Positions 1-10,474 are shown, numbered from the stretch's first letter. The stretch: 64,000 nt of DNA from an uncultured Chloroflexia bacterium (GCA_963819655.1 CAWFXA010000002.1:128001-192000), one strand, 5' to 3'. Made by a program: numbers and translations. Notes: a model not told the origin generated them from the letters alone.

Positions 1-1129
1 TGGCGATCAATTCGGCCATCGCCTCGCCGCCGGCGGGGATCGCCTTGAAGCCCCACGTCCCCCAGCCGGTCGTCACGAGGAACCCGTCGACGCCGGTGAA
101 GCCCATGATCGGCGAGAAATCGACCGAGATGTCGCAGATGCCGGCCCACGTCCGCAGGATCCGCAGGTCGCGCAGGAACGGCAGGATGCGCGTGACCTTG
201 TGGGCGTACCCGCGCAGGGCGGCGAACGACGACTGGCGCGAGTACGAGGGTTGTGCGTCGAATTCCGCCCCGATCAGCATCTGCCCCCGCTCGGTCTGGG
301 ACACGTAGCACATGAGCTCGGTGCTCGCGACGATCGGGCCGAACCCCTGCGCGTAGTCGTTGGTGACGAACGCATGGAGCGGGTGTGTCCGGACCGGCAG
401 TCGAAGGCCTGCCTGTGCAGCCAGTGCGCTGACACGCCCGCCGACCGCCGACAGCACGATGCCCGCGGCGATCTGGCCGCGCGGCGTCTCGACGCCGACG
501 ACGCGATCGCCATCCCGGAGGAGACCGGTCACCGGCGTGTGCTGGATGACATGGACGCCACGACGGGCGGCACCCGCCGCGTAGGCCCATGCCACCCGGT
601 CGTGGCGCGCGGTGGCCGCCTCGAGGTGGTGGGAGGCGCCCAGAACGGGGTATCTGCGCCCACCGGTCAGGTCGATCTGAGGGACGAGCTCCTTGATCTC
701 GGCCGGAGTCACCATCACGGTCTTGGCGCCGACCGCGGTGTTCATCGCCGCCCGAGCGCGCTCGGTCCGCAGAGCCATCTCCGTGTGGGCGATCCAGAAG
801 ATGCCCTTCGTCTGGTGGAGGATCGCCGCGCCGACCTCGTCCTCCAAGTCGCGATACATCTCCAGCGAGTGCTGGTAGAAGCGGATCGCCTCGGGCAGGC
901 CGTAGTTGGCGCGGATGATCGTCGTGTTCCGACCGGTGTTCCCGGACGCGATGTAGTCGGCTTCGAGGACCGCGACGTTCGTTATGCCATGGCGGGTCGC
1001 CAGGTAATACGCGGTCGACAGGCCATGCCCGCCGCCACCGATGATCACCACGTCGTAGGCATCCCGCGGTTCATCCCAGCGCAGGCTGGGCAGCGTCGCG
1101 ACGTAGCCCGCGGCGACTCCGCTCTTCAC
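1..1129 (-). CDS. soxB: Sarcosine oxidase subunit beta-like FAD-dependent oxidoreductase (3' end runs off the window)
   Basis: Not in the ORF track because its stop lies outside the window. Manual translation from GTG 1129 (GTGA overlap with upstream stop): YDVVIIGGGGHGLSTAYYLATRHGITNVAVLE...GNTGRNTTIIRANY and GFKAIPAGG near the edge, all typical SoxB motifs. Confidence 0.85.
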   Translation of the reverse strand, partial: MKSGVAAGYVATLPSLRWDEPRDAYDVVIIGGGGHGLSTAYYLATRHGITNVAVLEADYIASGNTGRNTTIIRANYGLPEAIRFYQHSLEMYRDLEDEVGAAILHQTKGIFWIAHTEMALRTERARAAMNTAVGAKTVMVTPAEIKELVPQIDLTGGRRYPVLGASHHLEAATARHDRVAWAYAAGAARRGVHVIQHTPVTGLLRDGDRVVGVETPRGQIAAGIVLSAVGGRVSALAAQAGLRLPVRTHPLHAFVTNDYAQGFGPIVASTELMCYVSQTERGQMLIGAEFDAQPSYSRQSSFAALRGYAHKVTRILPFLRDLRILRTWAGICDISVDFSPIMGFTGVDGFLVTTGWGTWGFKAIPAGGEAMAELIA

Positions 1130-1533
1130 GCCGGCACCGGCAATCGGCTCAAGAGGTCGTCCAGATAGGCGGCGAGGACGAAGACCGTCGCCGCGCCGGT
1201 CGAGTCGATATAGAGCTTGGCCGGGACGCCGGCGATGGAGCCCTGAGCGAACGCCGGGCGCGTGGCGGGCGCCGGCCATTCGATGCGGGGCACGACGAAG
1301 TCGATGAACTCGTCGACCGGGAACATCATCGCGACGTACCCGACCTCGGCCTCGGTGATGGCGTCGGGGTCGTCGATGCGGACGCCGGTCGCCCCGATCG
1401 CGAAAGCCTCGTCGGGCGCGAACCGCAGGACCAGCGGCTCGAAATGCTCCCGACCGGGGCCGGCGTCCTGCCACTCGGCGGATTCGATCGCCTCGGGTGA
1501 CGCGACGACCCGGACGCCCGGCGCCTTAAGCAC
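1126..1533 (-). CDS. Sarcosine oxidase gamma-subunit-like protein
   Basis: ORF 1126..1593; likely start GTG 1533, overlapping the alpha-like stop. Sits between the alpha- and beta-like genes; LRFAPDEAF and FAQGSIAGVP segments resemble the SoxG/GcvT-N fold. Confidence 0.6.
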   Translation of the reverse strand: MLKAPGVRVVASPEAIESAEWQDAGPGREHFEPLVLRFAPDEAFAIGATGVRIDDPDAITEAEVGYVAMMFPVDEFIDFVVPRIEWPAPATRPAFAQGSIAGVPAKLYIDSTGAATVFVLAAYLDDLLSRLPVPA

Positions 1534-3781
1534 GTGCACGGTGGCCCTCCGGGTCATAGAACGGGGTCGGCGTGACGACGGCTTCGCGACCATCGATCTC
1601 GACCGTCTCGGCGAACGGCAGCCGCTTGAGCCAGCCGAGCATCACGGTCTTCTCCAGGATCGGCGATGCCCAGCTGCCCGAGATATGGCCGACGATCTCG
1701 CCGTCGACGAAGATCGGGGAGCCCTCGATCGGCGCCTGCCCCTCCATCGTGAAGCCCCGCAGACGGCGGTGGTCGGGCTGCTTCGCGGTCCGCTCGAGCG
1801 CCGCGCGGCCGATGAACGCCGGCTTGTCCATGCGGACCGCCCAGGGCATGCCGACCCGCCGCGGCGTGGTGTCGAGCTCGGTGTCCATCCCCACGATCAC
1901 GTGGCCCTTCTCGAGCCGCAGCCCGAACAGCGCCTTGAGCCCGTGCGGGCGGATACCCCACTCCTCCCCCATCGACAACAACGCCCGCCACAGCTCCACC
2001 GACCGGTCGACCGGATGGTGCAGCTCCCACGACGCCTCGCCGGTGAACGATAGCCGCATGACGTGGCACGGGACGCCCGCCACGTCGGCGTGGACGTGGC
2101 CGAGGAACGCGGGCGGGTCGGCCAGACCGGCGCGCTGCAGGAGCTGGCCGGCGAGCGGCCCCGTGACGTTGATCGCGGCCACGGACATCGTGCGGTCCAT
2201 CACGTGGACGCGGAGGCCCCACTCGTCGACCCAGTCGCGGAGCCACATCTCGGCGTTCGCGGCGCCACCCGAGGTGAAAGTCAACACGAACCGGGTCTCG
2301 GCTTCGCGCAGGATCATCCCGTCGTCCATGATGTGGCCGCGTTCGTTGAGCAGCAGCGCGTAGCGCGAGCGGCCCGGCCGGATGTCAGCGACGTGGCAGG
2401 GGTACAGCCGCTCGAGGAACTCCACGGCGTCGGGCCCCGACACGACGACCTTGCCGAGCGTGCTCACGTCGCCGACCGACACGCCCTCTCGGACGCTCCA
2501 GTACTCGGCGATGGCGTCACCGTAGTGCCACGGTCGCCACCAGTTCCCGAACCGGTCGAGCCGCCCGCCGAGCGCGAGGTGCTCGTCGTGGAGGGGCGTT
2601 CGCCGGAACACGTCCACCTGGGTGTCCGCGGCGGCCTCGGCCAGCGTGATCTGGCGCGACGCCGGGCGCGCGGTGAAGGGTGCCGGCACCTCGCCGGTCC
2701 GTGCCGCGATCCACGCGCGCACTTGCGGCAGGCACGCGCTGCCCTGGCACGTGCCCAGACAAGCAAGGCTGGCTCGCTTGAGCAGCTCGAGCTCCTGGAA
2801 GCCGCGATCCCAGGCTGCCTGCAGGTCATCGACCGTGGTCCCCGAGCAGGGGCAGACGATGCCGGCCGTCGGGGCGGGGGGCAGGGCAGTCACTTGCACC
2901 GCCGCTCCCACGACGCTGAGTGGCAGTTCGCCGGCCATCCGCGCAAGCACGTCGCGCGGTGCGAACCCGAGCCCGACGACGACGGTGTCGCACGGCGTCG
3001 TGGTCTCCGCCCCGATCCAGTCGTCGGCCGTCACGACCGCCCGGACACGACCTTGCTCATCGCCTTCGAGCCGGATGAGCTGGCCGGCAACCGGGATGCA
3101 CGGCACGCCGACGGGTGGCGTCCCGACGGCGATCGCCGCGCCCATGTCCACGCCTGCCGCAAACAGTCGCTGTGCGGCGCGGGAGGTCACGATGCCCTCG
3201 AGGTCGCTGCCCGGGACGACCGGGTGGAGCTCCGCCGCGCCAGTGGCGACGACGATCTCCTGGGCATGGACGTGGAGCATAAGCGTCGGTGTCCGGACGA
3301 CGAGCAGCGGGCCTGGGTAGACGCCGACGACCTCGTCGCCGCCCTCGGCATCGAGGAGGAGGACCCGCTTGCCGGCGCGCTCCGCGGTCGAGGCCGCCTC
3401 GCGGCCGCTGTCACCCGCCCCGATCACCGCGACATCGATCTCGGCGCGCAGGACCTCGATGTCGGGGCCCGACAGCGACGCGGACAGGTCCGCACCCGAG
3501 ATGGTCGGCAGCGGCGGCAGACCGTCGGGTGGATGCCGGACGACGGCCAACCCCGGCCGCGCGCGTTCCTGGCAGGTCCGGATGTATGCCACACCGTTGA
3601 CCTGGGCGAGGCAGTTCCCGCAGTCGCCGCTCAGGCACAGCGTCCCGCCGCCGGCCGGCGTGACCCCGGTCCGGAGGATCGCCAGCGCCACGGACTCACC
3701 GGGCTCGAATGCCACCGGGCGCCCGTCGACGACGATGCGCCCGGCGTCGGCCGAGGCACCCGTCTTGGACCGGTCGGTCAC
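1526..3781 (-). CDS. Sarcosine oxidase alpha-like protein (2Fe-2S + Rossmann + BFD-like Cys cluster + GcvT folate-binding domains)
   Basis: CLSGDCGNC...RTC, VIGAGDSG, VCPCSG...CLGTCQGSAC, then RRTPLH...DVSTLGK, GHIMDDG, LSFTGEASWEL, LRLEKG, PFYDPEG. Confidence 0.85.
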   Translation of the reverse strand: MTDRSKTGASADAGRIVVDGRPVAFEPGESVALAILRTGVTPAGGGTLCLSGDCGNCLAQVNGVAYIRTCQERARPGLAVVRHPPDGLPPLPTISGADLSASLSGPDIEVLRAEIDVAVIGAGDSGREAASTAERAGKRVLLLDAEGGDEVVGVYPGPLLVVRTPTLMLHVHAQEIVVATGAAELHPVVPGSDLEGIVTSRAAQRLFAAGVDMGAAIAVGTPPVGVPCIPVAGQLIRLEGDEQGRVRAVVTADDWIGAETTTPCDTVVVGLGFAPRDVLARMAGELPLSVVGAAVQVTALPPAPTAGIVCPCSGTTVDDLQAAWDRGFQELELLKRASLACLGTCQGSACLPQVRAWIAARTGEVPAPFTARPASRQITLAEAAADTQVDVFRRTPLHDEHLALGGRLDRFGNWWRPWHYGDAIAEYWSVREGVSVGDVSTLGKVVVSGPDAVEFLERLYPCHVADIRPGRSRYALLLNERGHIMDDGMILREAETRFVLTFTSGGAANAEMWLRDWVDEWGLRVHVMDRTMSVAAINVTGPLAGQLLQRAGLADPPAFLGHVHADVAGVPCHVMRLSFTGEASWELHHPVDRSVELWRALLSMGEEWGIRPHGLKALFGLRLEKGHVIVGMDTELDTTPRRVGMPWAVRMDKPAFIGRAALERTAKQPDHRRLRGFTMEGQAPIEGSPIFVDGEIVGHISGSWASPILEKTVMLGWLKRLPFAETVEIDGREAVVTPTPFYDPEGHRARA

Positions 3782-6246
3782 TGGCGCATCCTTGCGCCAG
3801 TCGGGTCGAACAGCGGCTCGGGCTGCAGCCGCGCCGGGCGGCGATTCCCGATGATCTCGATCTCGAAGCCGCTCCCGCCGGGGCCGTCGGGCGTCGCGAG
3901 CTCGGTCGGCACGTAGCCAAGGGCGAGTGACGCCTTCACGTGATGGAGATACCCACCCGACGTGACCCAGCCGACGACCTTCCCGTCGTGCCAGACCGGC
4001 TCATCACCGATGACATCGGCCGGGTCGTCCGGGTCCGGCTCGACGACGAATGCCACCAGCCGGCGCTTGGGGCCGCCGCCGCCGAGCTCGGCCTCATGCG
4101 CGGCGCGACCGATGAAGTCGTGGTCGAGCTTGATGTACCGGGTGATGCCACCTTCGGCCGGGGTATAGATCGGGCGGTACTCGCGGAACCACGTCCCGTA
4201 GTTCTTCTCCAGTCGAAGCGACATCAGGGCACGCATGCCGAACAGGCGCAGCCCATGCGACTCGCCGGCCTCGATGATCCGGTCGAACAGCGCGCGCTGG
4301 CGTTCCGGGGCGACCCACAGCTCGTAGCCCAGATCGCCCGAGTAGTTGATCCGCGCCACGTGTGCCGGGACCATGCCGAGTTCGACGTGGCGGAACGTCA
4401 TGAACGGGAAGGCCTCGGTCGACAGGTCGAGATCGGGGGCGACAGCGCTGAGGACATCGCGGGCCCGCGGCCCCGTGATCGACAGCCCGGTCAGCCCCAG
4501 CCCGAGCACCTCGAACCGCACCGAACCGTCGTCCGGCAGGTGGTGGCGGAACCAGCGCGAGTGGTGGACCTCGGCCGGGAGGGAGCCGAACAGGTAGAAC
4601 TCGTCGGCGTCCGAGGCGCGAGCGACCGTGAACTCGCCGACCATCCGCCCCGCCTCGTTGAGCATCGCGGTCAGCGTGATCCGCCCAGGGGCCGGCATGC
4701 GCTGCGTCAACAGCGATGACAGCCACGACTCGGCACCGGGACCTGTGACGCGGTACTTCGCGTAGTTCGAGATCTCGGTCATCCCGACCCGCTCGCGGAC
4801 CGCGGCGACCTCCTCGGCGACGCACTCCCACGCGTTCGAGCGGCGGAAGGTCACGTCCTCCTTCGGCTCAAGTCCGGCCATCTGGAACCACAGAGCGTGC
4901 TCGAGTCCGAAGGTCGCGCCCCACACCGCGTTGGCATGCATGAGCCGGTCGTAGATCGGCGTCGTCAGGAGCGGTCGGGCGGCCGGCAGCTCCTCATTCG
5001 GGAACGTGATCCGGAACCGGCGCCGGTAGTTCTCCTGGACCTTGGCGTTCGTATAGCCGAGCGTCGCGTAGTCGCCGTACCGCGCGACATCCATCGCCCA
5101 GATATCCATGCCGCTGTCGCCGTCGTCGCCGGCGGTCATCCAGTTCGCCAGCGCGAGCCCGACGCCACCACCCTGCGACAGCCCGGCCATGACGGCGCAG
5201 GCGACCCAGTACCCGCGCAGGCCGCGGATCGGCCCGACGAGAGGATTGCCGTCGGGCGAGAAGGTGAACGGGCCGTTGACGACGCGGCGGATGCCGACCG
5301 TGTGCATCGGCGGGTAGTGCTTGAACGCGACCGACAGCTCCGGCGTGATGCGGTCGAGCTGGGGCTTGAGCAGCTGCGACCCGAAGTCCCACGGCGTCTC
5401 GCGCGGCGACCACGGCACGCACGCCTGCTCGTACGTGCCCATCAGCATCGCGCCACCTTCCTGGCGGATGTAGATCTCGCCGGCGAAGTCGAGCGCCATC
5501 GGCATCTCGCGGCCGGTCTTGGCGACCTGCGCGGCGACTTCGGGCATGTCCTCGGTGATGAGGTAGTGGTGCTCCATCGCCAGCACAGGTAGCTCGATCC
5601 CGACCATCCGGCCGACCTCGCGCGCCCACAGGCCTCCGGCGTTGACGACGTGCTCTGTGTGGATCGACTCGCCGTTCTCGAGGCGCACGTCCCACGTGCC
5701 ATCCGCCCGCTGCTCCAGGGCGGTTACCGGCGTGTGCTGGTGAACCTCTGCCCCGGCTTGCTGCGCGCATTTCACGTACGCGCGCGTGACCCCGGTCGGA
5801 TCGACGTGTCCCTCGACCGGGTCGTACAGCGCACCGACGAAGTACTGCGGGTCCATGAGCGGGAACATGTCGGCCGCCTCCTGGGCCGAGATGAGCTCGA
5901 GGTCCATGCCGAGATAGCGGCCACGGGCGACGGCCATCCGCAGGAAGTCCATGCGGACCTCGGTGTCGGCCAGCATCAACCCGCCCGGCAGGTGGATCGA
6001 GCAGTCCTGGCCGGACTGCCGCTCGATCTCCTCGTACAGCTGGATCGTGTACTGCTGGAGCCGCGCCACATTCGGGTCGCCGTTGAGCGTGTGCATCCCG
6101 CCCGCCGCGTGCCAGGTCGAGCCTGCGGTCAGCTCGCGCCGCTCGAGCAGCATGACGTCGGTCCAGCCCGCCTTGGTCAGGTGGTACAGGACGCTGGCGC
6201 CGACGACGCCGCCACCGATGACGACGACCTGGGTGTCTTTCTTCAC
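3778..6246 (-). CDS. Dimethylglycine/sarcosine dehydrogenase family (FAD oxidoreductase + GcvT)
   Basis: Start trimmed to GTG 6246 after GAGGA. VVVIGGGVVG, ELTAGSTWHAAG (covalent FAD His motif), NGPFTFSPDG, INYSGDLGYEL, SLRLEK. Confidence 0.9.
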   Translation of the reverse strand: MKKDTQVVVIGGGVVGASVLYHLTKAGWTDVMLLERRELTAGSTWHAAGGMHTLNGDPNVARLQQYTIQLYEEIERQSGQDCSIHLPGGLMLADTEVRMDFLRMAVARGRYLGMDLELISAQEAADMFPLMDPQYFVGALYDPVEGHVDPTGVTRAYVKCAQQAGAEVHQHTPVTALEQRADGTWDVRLENGESIHTEHVVNAGGLWAREVGRMVGIELPVLAMEHHYLITEDMPEVAAQVAKTGREMPMALDFAGEIYIRQEGGAMLMGTYEQACVPWSPRETPWDFGSQLLKPQLDRITPELSVAFKHYPPMHTVGIRRVVNGPFTFSPDGNPLVGPIRGLRGYWVACAVMAGLSQGGGVGLALANWMTAGDDGDSGMDIWAMDVARYGDYATLGYTNAKVQENYRRRFRITFPNEELPAARPLLTTPIYDRLMHANAVWGATFGLEHALWFQMAGLEPKEDVTFRRSNAWECVAEEVAAVRERVGMTEISNYAKYRVTGPGAESWLSSLLTQRMPAPGRITLTAMLNEAGRMVGEFTVARASDADEFYLFGSLPAEVHHSRWFRHHLPDDGSVRFEVLGLGLTGLSITGPRARDVLSAVAPDLDLSTEAFPFMTFRHVELGMVPAHVARINYSGDLGYELWVAPERQRALFDRIIEAGESHGLRLFGMRALMSLRLEKNYGTWFREYRPIYTPAEGGITRYIKLDHDFIGRAAHEAELGGGGPKRRLVAFVVEPDPDDPADVIGDEPVWHDGKVVGWVTSGGYLHHVKASLALGYVPTELATPDGPGGSGFEIEIIGNRRPARLQPEPLFDPTGARMRQ

Positions 6247-6280
6247 GCGATCCTCTCGAGCGGTTTCTGCGGCGGTCCGG

Positions 6281-7849
6281 TCAATAGTCGGTCGGGACTC
6301 CGCCCTCGGCGACCCGGCGCGCGACGAACGCCTCGAGCTCCTCGCGGACGGCGGCATCCATCGGCGGCGGTTCGTATGCGGCCAGCAGCTCTTTCCAGAT
6401 CCGGTTCGCCTTGCTCGGCACCTCCGGAGAGCCGGCCTCTTCCCACGTCTCGAAGTTGCGCCAGTCGCTGAGCATCGGCTTGTGGAACGCCGTCTTGTAC
6501 CGGCTTTGGGTGTGCTCGGTCCCGAAGAAGTGGCCGCCCGGCCCGACGTCCTGCATCGCCTCGAAGGCGAGCGACGCGTCGTCGACGACGACGGGATCGA
6601 GGAACGCCTCGACCATCCCCAGCAGCTCCGCGTCGAGCACCATCTTCTCGTAGCTCGCGTGGAGCCCGCCTTCCATCCAACCCGCCCCGTGCATGAGCAG
6701 GTTGACCCCGCCCATGATCGCGCCCCACAGCGAGAACACCGACTCGTATGCGGCCTGCGCGTCGAGCGCGTTCGCGGCATTCACGTTCGACGAGCGGTAG
6801 GGCACCCCGTAGCGCCGAGCCAGCTGGCCGCCGATCATCGCGGTCCGCATGTACTCAGGCGTCCCGAACGCCGGCGCGCCCGACTGCATGTCGACGTTCG
6901 AGGTGAAACCACCGTAGATCACCGGCGCGCCGGGCCGGACGACCTGGGTCAGGACCATCCCGGCCAGGGCCTCCGCGTTCTGCTCGGCCAGGGCACCGGC
7001 GAGCGTCACCGGGGCCATCGCGCCGGCCAGCGTGAACGGCGTGATGCATACGACCTGGTTGCGTTCGGCGAACGCCATGATCCCCTGGAGCATCGGAGCA
7101 TCGAGTCGGAGCGGTGAACTGGAATTTACGACGGTGAACACCGACGGCTCGGTGTCGAGCGTTTGATCCTCGATCCCGCGCGCGATGCGGACCATCTCGA
7201 GCACGTCGATGTTGCGCTGGCGCCCGAGGCTGTAGCAGTGGATGGCCTTGTCCATCAGCGTCAGGGCGTCGAACGTCGCGTGCAGGTGGCGCACGCCGTG
7301 ATGGATGTCGACGGGCTCAACCGGGTAGCCGGCCAGGAAATGGACGGTGTTGAGCGCCTGACCGAGGCGCAGCAGGTTCTGGTAATCGACCCGGTTGCCG
7401 ATGCGTCGACCACGGTCCAGGTCGGACACGTTCGGCGGACTGCCGACCGTCCCGAATGCGACCCAGTCGCCGCCAAGCTGCAGGTCGTGGGCGGGGTTCC
7501 AGGCGTGCAGCGCGAACGTCGAGGGCGCTGTCTTGATCGTCTCGGTGACCATCTCGGGGTCGAACCGGACGCGCTGTGTATCTGGCGAGGTCTCGGCACC
7601 AGCCGCTCGCAGCGCCTCCCGCGCGTCTGCGTCGAGGAAATCCATGCCGAGCTCTGACAGGACGCGCAGCGACGCGTGGTGGATCGACTCGATCTCGTCG
7701 GCCGACAGCACCTCTGTCGGGCCGTAGCGCATGCGCGGTTGTGCCCACGGCCGCTGCATCGGTGCACGGCTGCGCTCGTGCCCGGCGCGACCACCACCGC
7801 GGCGACGCTGCAGCCCCTGGCCGGCCGCCGAGTCCATGTCCGTCGTCAT
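6281..7849 (-). CDS. Trimethylamine methyltransferase (MttB) superfamily, non-pyrrolysine (MtgB-like)
   Basis: ATG 7849 with SD GAGGAG. IESIHHASLRVLSELG, NSSSPLRLD, GAMAPVTLAGAL, GAPAFGTPE, HGAGWMEGG, GPGGHFFG. No in-frame amber codon. Confidence 0.9.
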   Translation of the reverse strand: MTTDMDSAAGQGLQRRRGGGRAGHERSRAPMQRPWAQPRMRYGPTEVLSADEIESIHHASLRVLSELGMDFLDADAREALRAAGAETSPDTQRVRFDPEMVTETIKTAPSTFALHAWNPAHDLQLGGDWVAFGTVGSPPNVSDLDRGRRIGNRVDYQNLLRLGQALNTVHFLAGYPVEPVDIHHGVRHLHATFDALTLMDKAIHCYSLGRQRNIDVLEMVRIARGIEDQTLDTEPSVFTVVNSSSPLRLDAPMLQGIMAFAERNQVVCITPFTLAGAMAPVTLAGALAEQNAEALAGMVLTQVVRPGAPVIYGGFTSNVDMQSGAPAFGTPEYMRTAMIGGQLARRYGVPYRSSNVNAANALDAQAAYESVFSLWGAIMGGVNLLMHGAGWMEGGLHASYEKMVLDAELLGMVEAFLDPVVVDDASLAFEAMQDVGPGGHFFGTEHTQSRYKTAFHKPMLSDWRNFETWEEAGSPEVPSKANRIWKELLAAYEPPPMDAAVREELEAFVARRVAEGGVPTDY

Positions 7850-7859
7850 GGGCGTCTCC

Positions 7860-9368
7860 TCAGCCATCGGACAGGTCGATCCAGGTCGTCTTGAGCTGGG
7901 TGAAGCCGTCGAGCGCGTGGAGCGACTTGTCGCGCCCGAAACCCGACTGCTTGTAGCCGCCGAACGGCACCGTGATGTCGGCGGTGTCGAAGGTGTTGAC
8001 GAAGACAGTCCCCGCCCTGAGCGCCCGCGCGAGGCGGTGCGCCCGCGTGATGTCCCGCGTCCAGATGCCGGCCGCCAATCCGAACGGCGTGTCGTTGGCG
8101 ATGCGCAGGCCGTCCGCCTCGTCCTCGAACTCCGTGACGGTCAGGACCGGCCCGAAGATCTCCTCGCGGGCGACCCGCCATCCGTTGTCGACGCCGTCGA
8201 GGATCGTCGGCGGGACGTAGTAGCCGCCGCTGTCCTCGAGCACACGCTCACCGCCGGTGACGAGCCGCGCTCCTTCGCGCTGTCCGAGCTCGACGTAGCC
8301 GAGGACCTTGTCGAGTTGCTTCGCGTCGACGATCGAGCCGAGCCGCGTCGCCGGGTCGAGTGGCTCGCCCGGGGCCATCCCGCGTCCGATCTCCGCGACG
8401 CGCTCGACCAGCTCTTCCCGCACGGACCGATGGACGATCAGGCGCGACCCGGCGTTGCAGGTCTGGCCGCTGTTGTAGAAGATCCCGTCACCGATCGACG
8501 CGGCCGCCGCTGCCAGGTCGCCGACATCCGCGAGCACGACCTGCGGGCTCTTGCCGCCGAGCTCGAGCGAGATCGCCTTGATGTCTGTGTCGCCGATCGC
8601 CCGCAGCAGCGATTTCCCGACCTCGGTCGAGCCGGTGAACGCGATCTTGTCGACACCCGGATGCCGCGCGAGCGCCTCGCCGAGCACGGCGCCCGGACCC
8701 GGCACGACGTTGAGGACACCGTCCGGCACCCCAGCCGCCGAGGCCAGCTCCGCGAGCCTCAAGGCGCTCAGCGGCGACGCCGACGCGGGCTTGAGGACCA
8801 CCGAGTTGCCGGTGGACAGCGCTGCACCCAACTTCCACGCCGTCACGATCAGCGGGTAGTTCCACGGCACGATCGCACCGACCACGCCGATCGGCTCGCG
8901 GGTCACCAGCGACAGGGCATCCGGGCCGGTCGGGCCGACCTCGCCGTACAGCTTGTCGATCGTCTCTGCGAACCACTGGATGGTCTTGGCGGCGGAGGGC
9001 ACGTCCACGGCGAGCGTGTCGCGGATCGGTTTGCCGACGTCCAGCGACTCGAGCAGCGCGAGCTCATCGCGGTGCGAGCGGATCGACTCGGCGAGCTTGA
9101 GGAGGATGATCTTGCGCCTGGCGGGCGACATGTCGGCCCAGCGCCGATCGTCGAACGACGCCCTCGCCGCCGCGACCGCGCGGTCGACGTCCTCGACGCC
9201 ACCCTCGGCAACACGCGTGATCACCCGGCCGTCGCGTCCGGCGACGTCGTCGAACGTCCGACCGGACGCGGCCGGCACGAAGCGACCGTCGATGAATGCC
9301 TCGTTGCGCGGCTCGACCGCGTCCGCTCGGGCGATCCAGTCGGCGGTGGTGGGCGCGGTCGCTGTCAT
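7860..9368 (-). CDS. NAD(P)-dependent aldehyde dehydrogenase (PuuC-like)
   Basis: IVPWNYP, FTGSTEVG, LELGGKSP, NSGQTC (catalytic Cys), EEIFGP. Confidence 0.92.
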   Translation of the reverse strand: MTATAPTTADWIARADAVEPRNEAFIDGRFVPAASGRTFDDVAGRDGRVITRVAEGGVEDVDRAVAAARASFDDRRWADMSPARRKIILLKLAESIRSHRDELALLESLDVGKPIRDTLAVDVPSAAKTIQWFAETIDKLYGEVGPTGPDALSLVTREPIGVVGAIVPWNYPLIVTAWKLGAALSTGNSVVLKPASASPLSALRLAELASAAGVPDGVLNVVPGPGAVLGEALARHPGVDKIAFTGSTEVGKSLLRAIGDTDIKAISLELGGKSPQVVLADVGDLAAAAASIGDGIFYNSGQTCNAGSRLIVHRSVREELVERVAEIGRGMAPGEPLDPATRLGSIVDAKQLDKVLGYVELGQREGARLVTGGERVLEDSGGYYVPPTILDGVDNGWRVAREEIFGPVLTVTEFEDEADGLRIANDTPFGLAAGIWTRDITRAHRLARALRAGTVFVNTFDTADITVPFGGYKQSGFGRDKSLHALDGFTQLKTTWIDLSDG

Positions 9369-10474
9369 GCCGCGTACCTCCGGATCGAGACGTCGTCGAG
9401 CGCGGCCCCAAGGCCAGGGGTCGCCGGGACACGGAGGATGCCCTCGGCATCCGGCCGGATCGGCTCGGCGAGGAACGCATCGCGTCGCTCCGGGGTCCAG
9501 CCCGGCGGGTCGTATGGGAACTCGAGGAACGGGCCGCCACCCACGCCGGCCGCGACGTGGAGGTTGGCGAGCAGGCCCAGACCGTTCGTCCAGGTGTGCG
9601 GGGTGAACCAGCGGCCGCGGGCAAGAGCGAGCTCCGCCAGCGTCCGGTTGCGGAGCATCCCGCCCGCGAGCACGACGTCCTGCTGGTACACGTCGAACGC
9701 ATCTGCATCCAGGGCAGTCAGGCCCTCGTGATGGGTCCGTGTCATCTCCCCGCCGGCGATCCGGATGCCGAGCCCCGACGCACGCAATGAGGCGAGCCCC
9801 CGCAGGTCCGTGCCGATCAATGGCTCCTCGAGCCAGAGGACGCCCAGATCGGCGAGACGCGCGGCGATCTCCCGCGCGGCGGTCACGTCGATCGACGGCG
9901 TGATGTCGCCGGCCATCCGCCAGCCCTGGTTCAGGTCGACCATGATCGCCATCGACTCACCGACCGCGACCCTGGTCGCCGTGACGGCCGCGAGCCCCTC
10001 GTCGAGGCGGCGCGGGTCGACGCGGATCTTGAGCGCCCGGAACCCTTCCTCCCGCAGTCGCAGCGCGGATTCGGCGCGTTCCGCCGGCGGCAGGAGCATC
10101 CCGCACGAGGCGTAGGCGGGCAGCCCATCGCTCGCTCCACCGAACAACGTCGCGACAGGGACACCGGCCACCTGGCCGGCGATGTCCCACAGGGCCGCCT
10201 CGAGTGGCCAGTAGCGCCCAGCGTGGAAATCGATAGTCTCGAGCACGCGAACGTGGCGCGCGATCGCCAGCGGGTCCTGCCCGATGAACAGGTGCTCGAA
10301 CGCCTCGAACCCGTCCATCGTGTCGCCCGAACCGATGCCGGTCACACCCTCATCGGTCTCGATGCGAACGATCGTGACCGGGAACTCCGTGCGCGGCACG
10401 GGATCCCAGGCGGCCGGGAAGGGTGGCTCAAGCGGCACGCGCAGCCGCTGGAGCCGGATGGCACTGATCCTCAC
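9365..10474 (-). CDS. Enolase superfamily, mandelate racemase subgroup enzyme
   Basis: IETDEGVTGIG, ALWDIAG, KIR, metal ligands DLNQ / EEP / GGE, plus QQD and TPH (His-Asp dyad). Confidence 0.88.
   Translation of the reverse strand: MRISAIRLQRLRVPLEPPFPAAWDPVPRTEFPVTIVRIETDEGVTGIGSGDTMDGFEAFEHLFIGQDPLAIARHVRVLETIDFHAGRYWPLEAALWDIAGQVAGVPVATLFGGASDGLPAYASCGMLLPPAERAESALRLREEGFRALKIRVDPRRLDEGLAAVTATRVAVGESMAIMVDLNQGWRMAGDITPSIDVTAAREIAARLADLGVLWLEEPLIGTDLRGLASLRASGLGIRIAGGEMTRTHHEGLTALDADAFDVYQQDVVLAGGMLRNRTLAELALARGRWFTPHTWTNGLGLLANLHVAAGVGGGPFLEFPYDPPGWTPERRDAFLAEPIRPDAEGILRVPATPGLGAALDDVSIRRYAA

Noticed and set aside
6281-7849. Possible pyrrolysine-containing MttB
   Set aside because: No in-frame TAG and no pyl genes in the window.
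7731-9731. Long antisense or alternate-frame ORFs (also 2063..3916, 17781..19466, 22451..23992, 42179..43855 and many more)
   Set aside because: Shadow ORFs expected at high GC; Arg/Pro/Gly-rich with no motifs, and they overlap well-supported genes.
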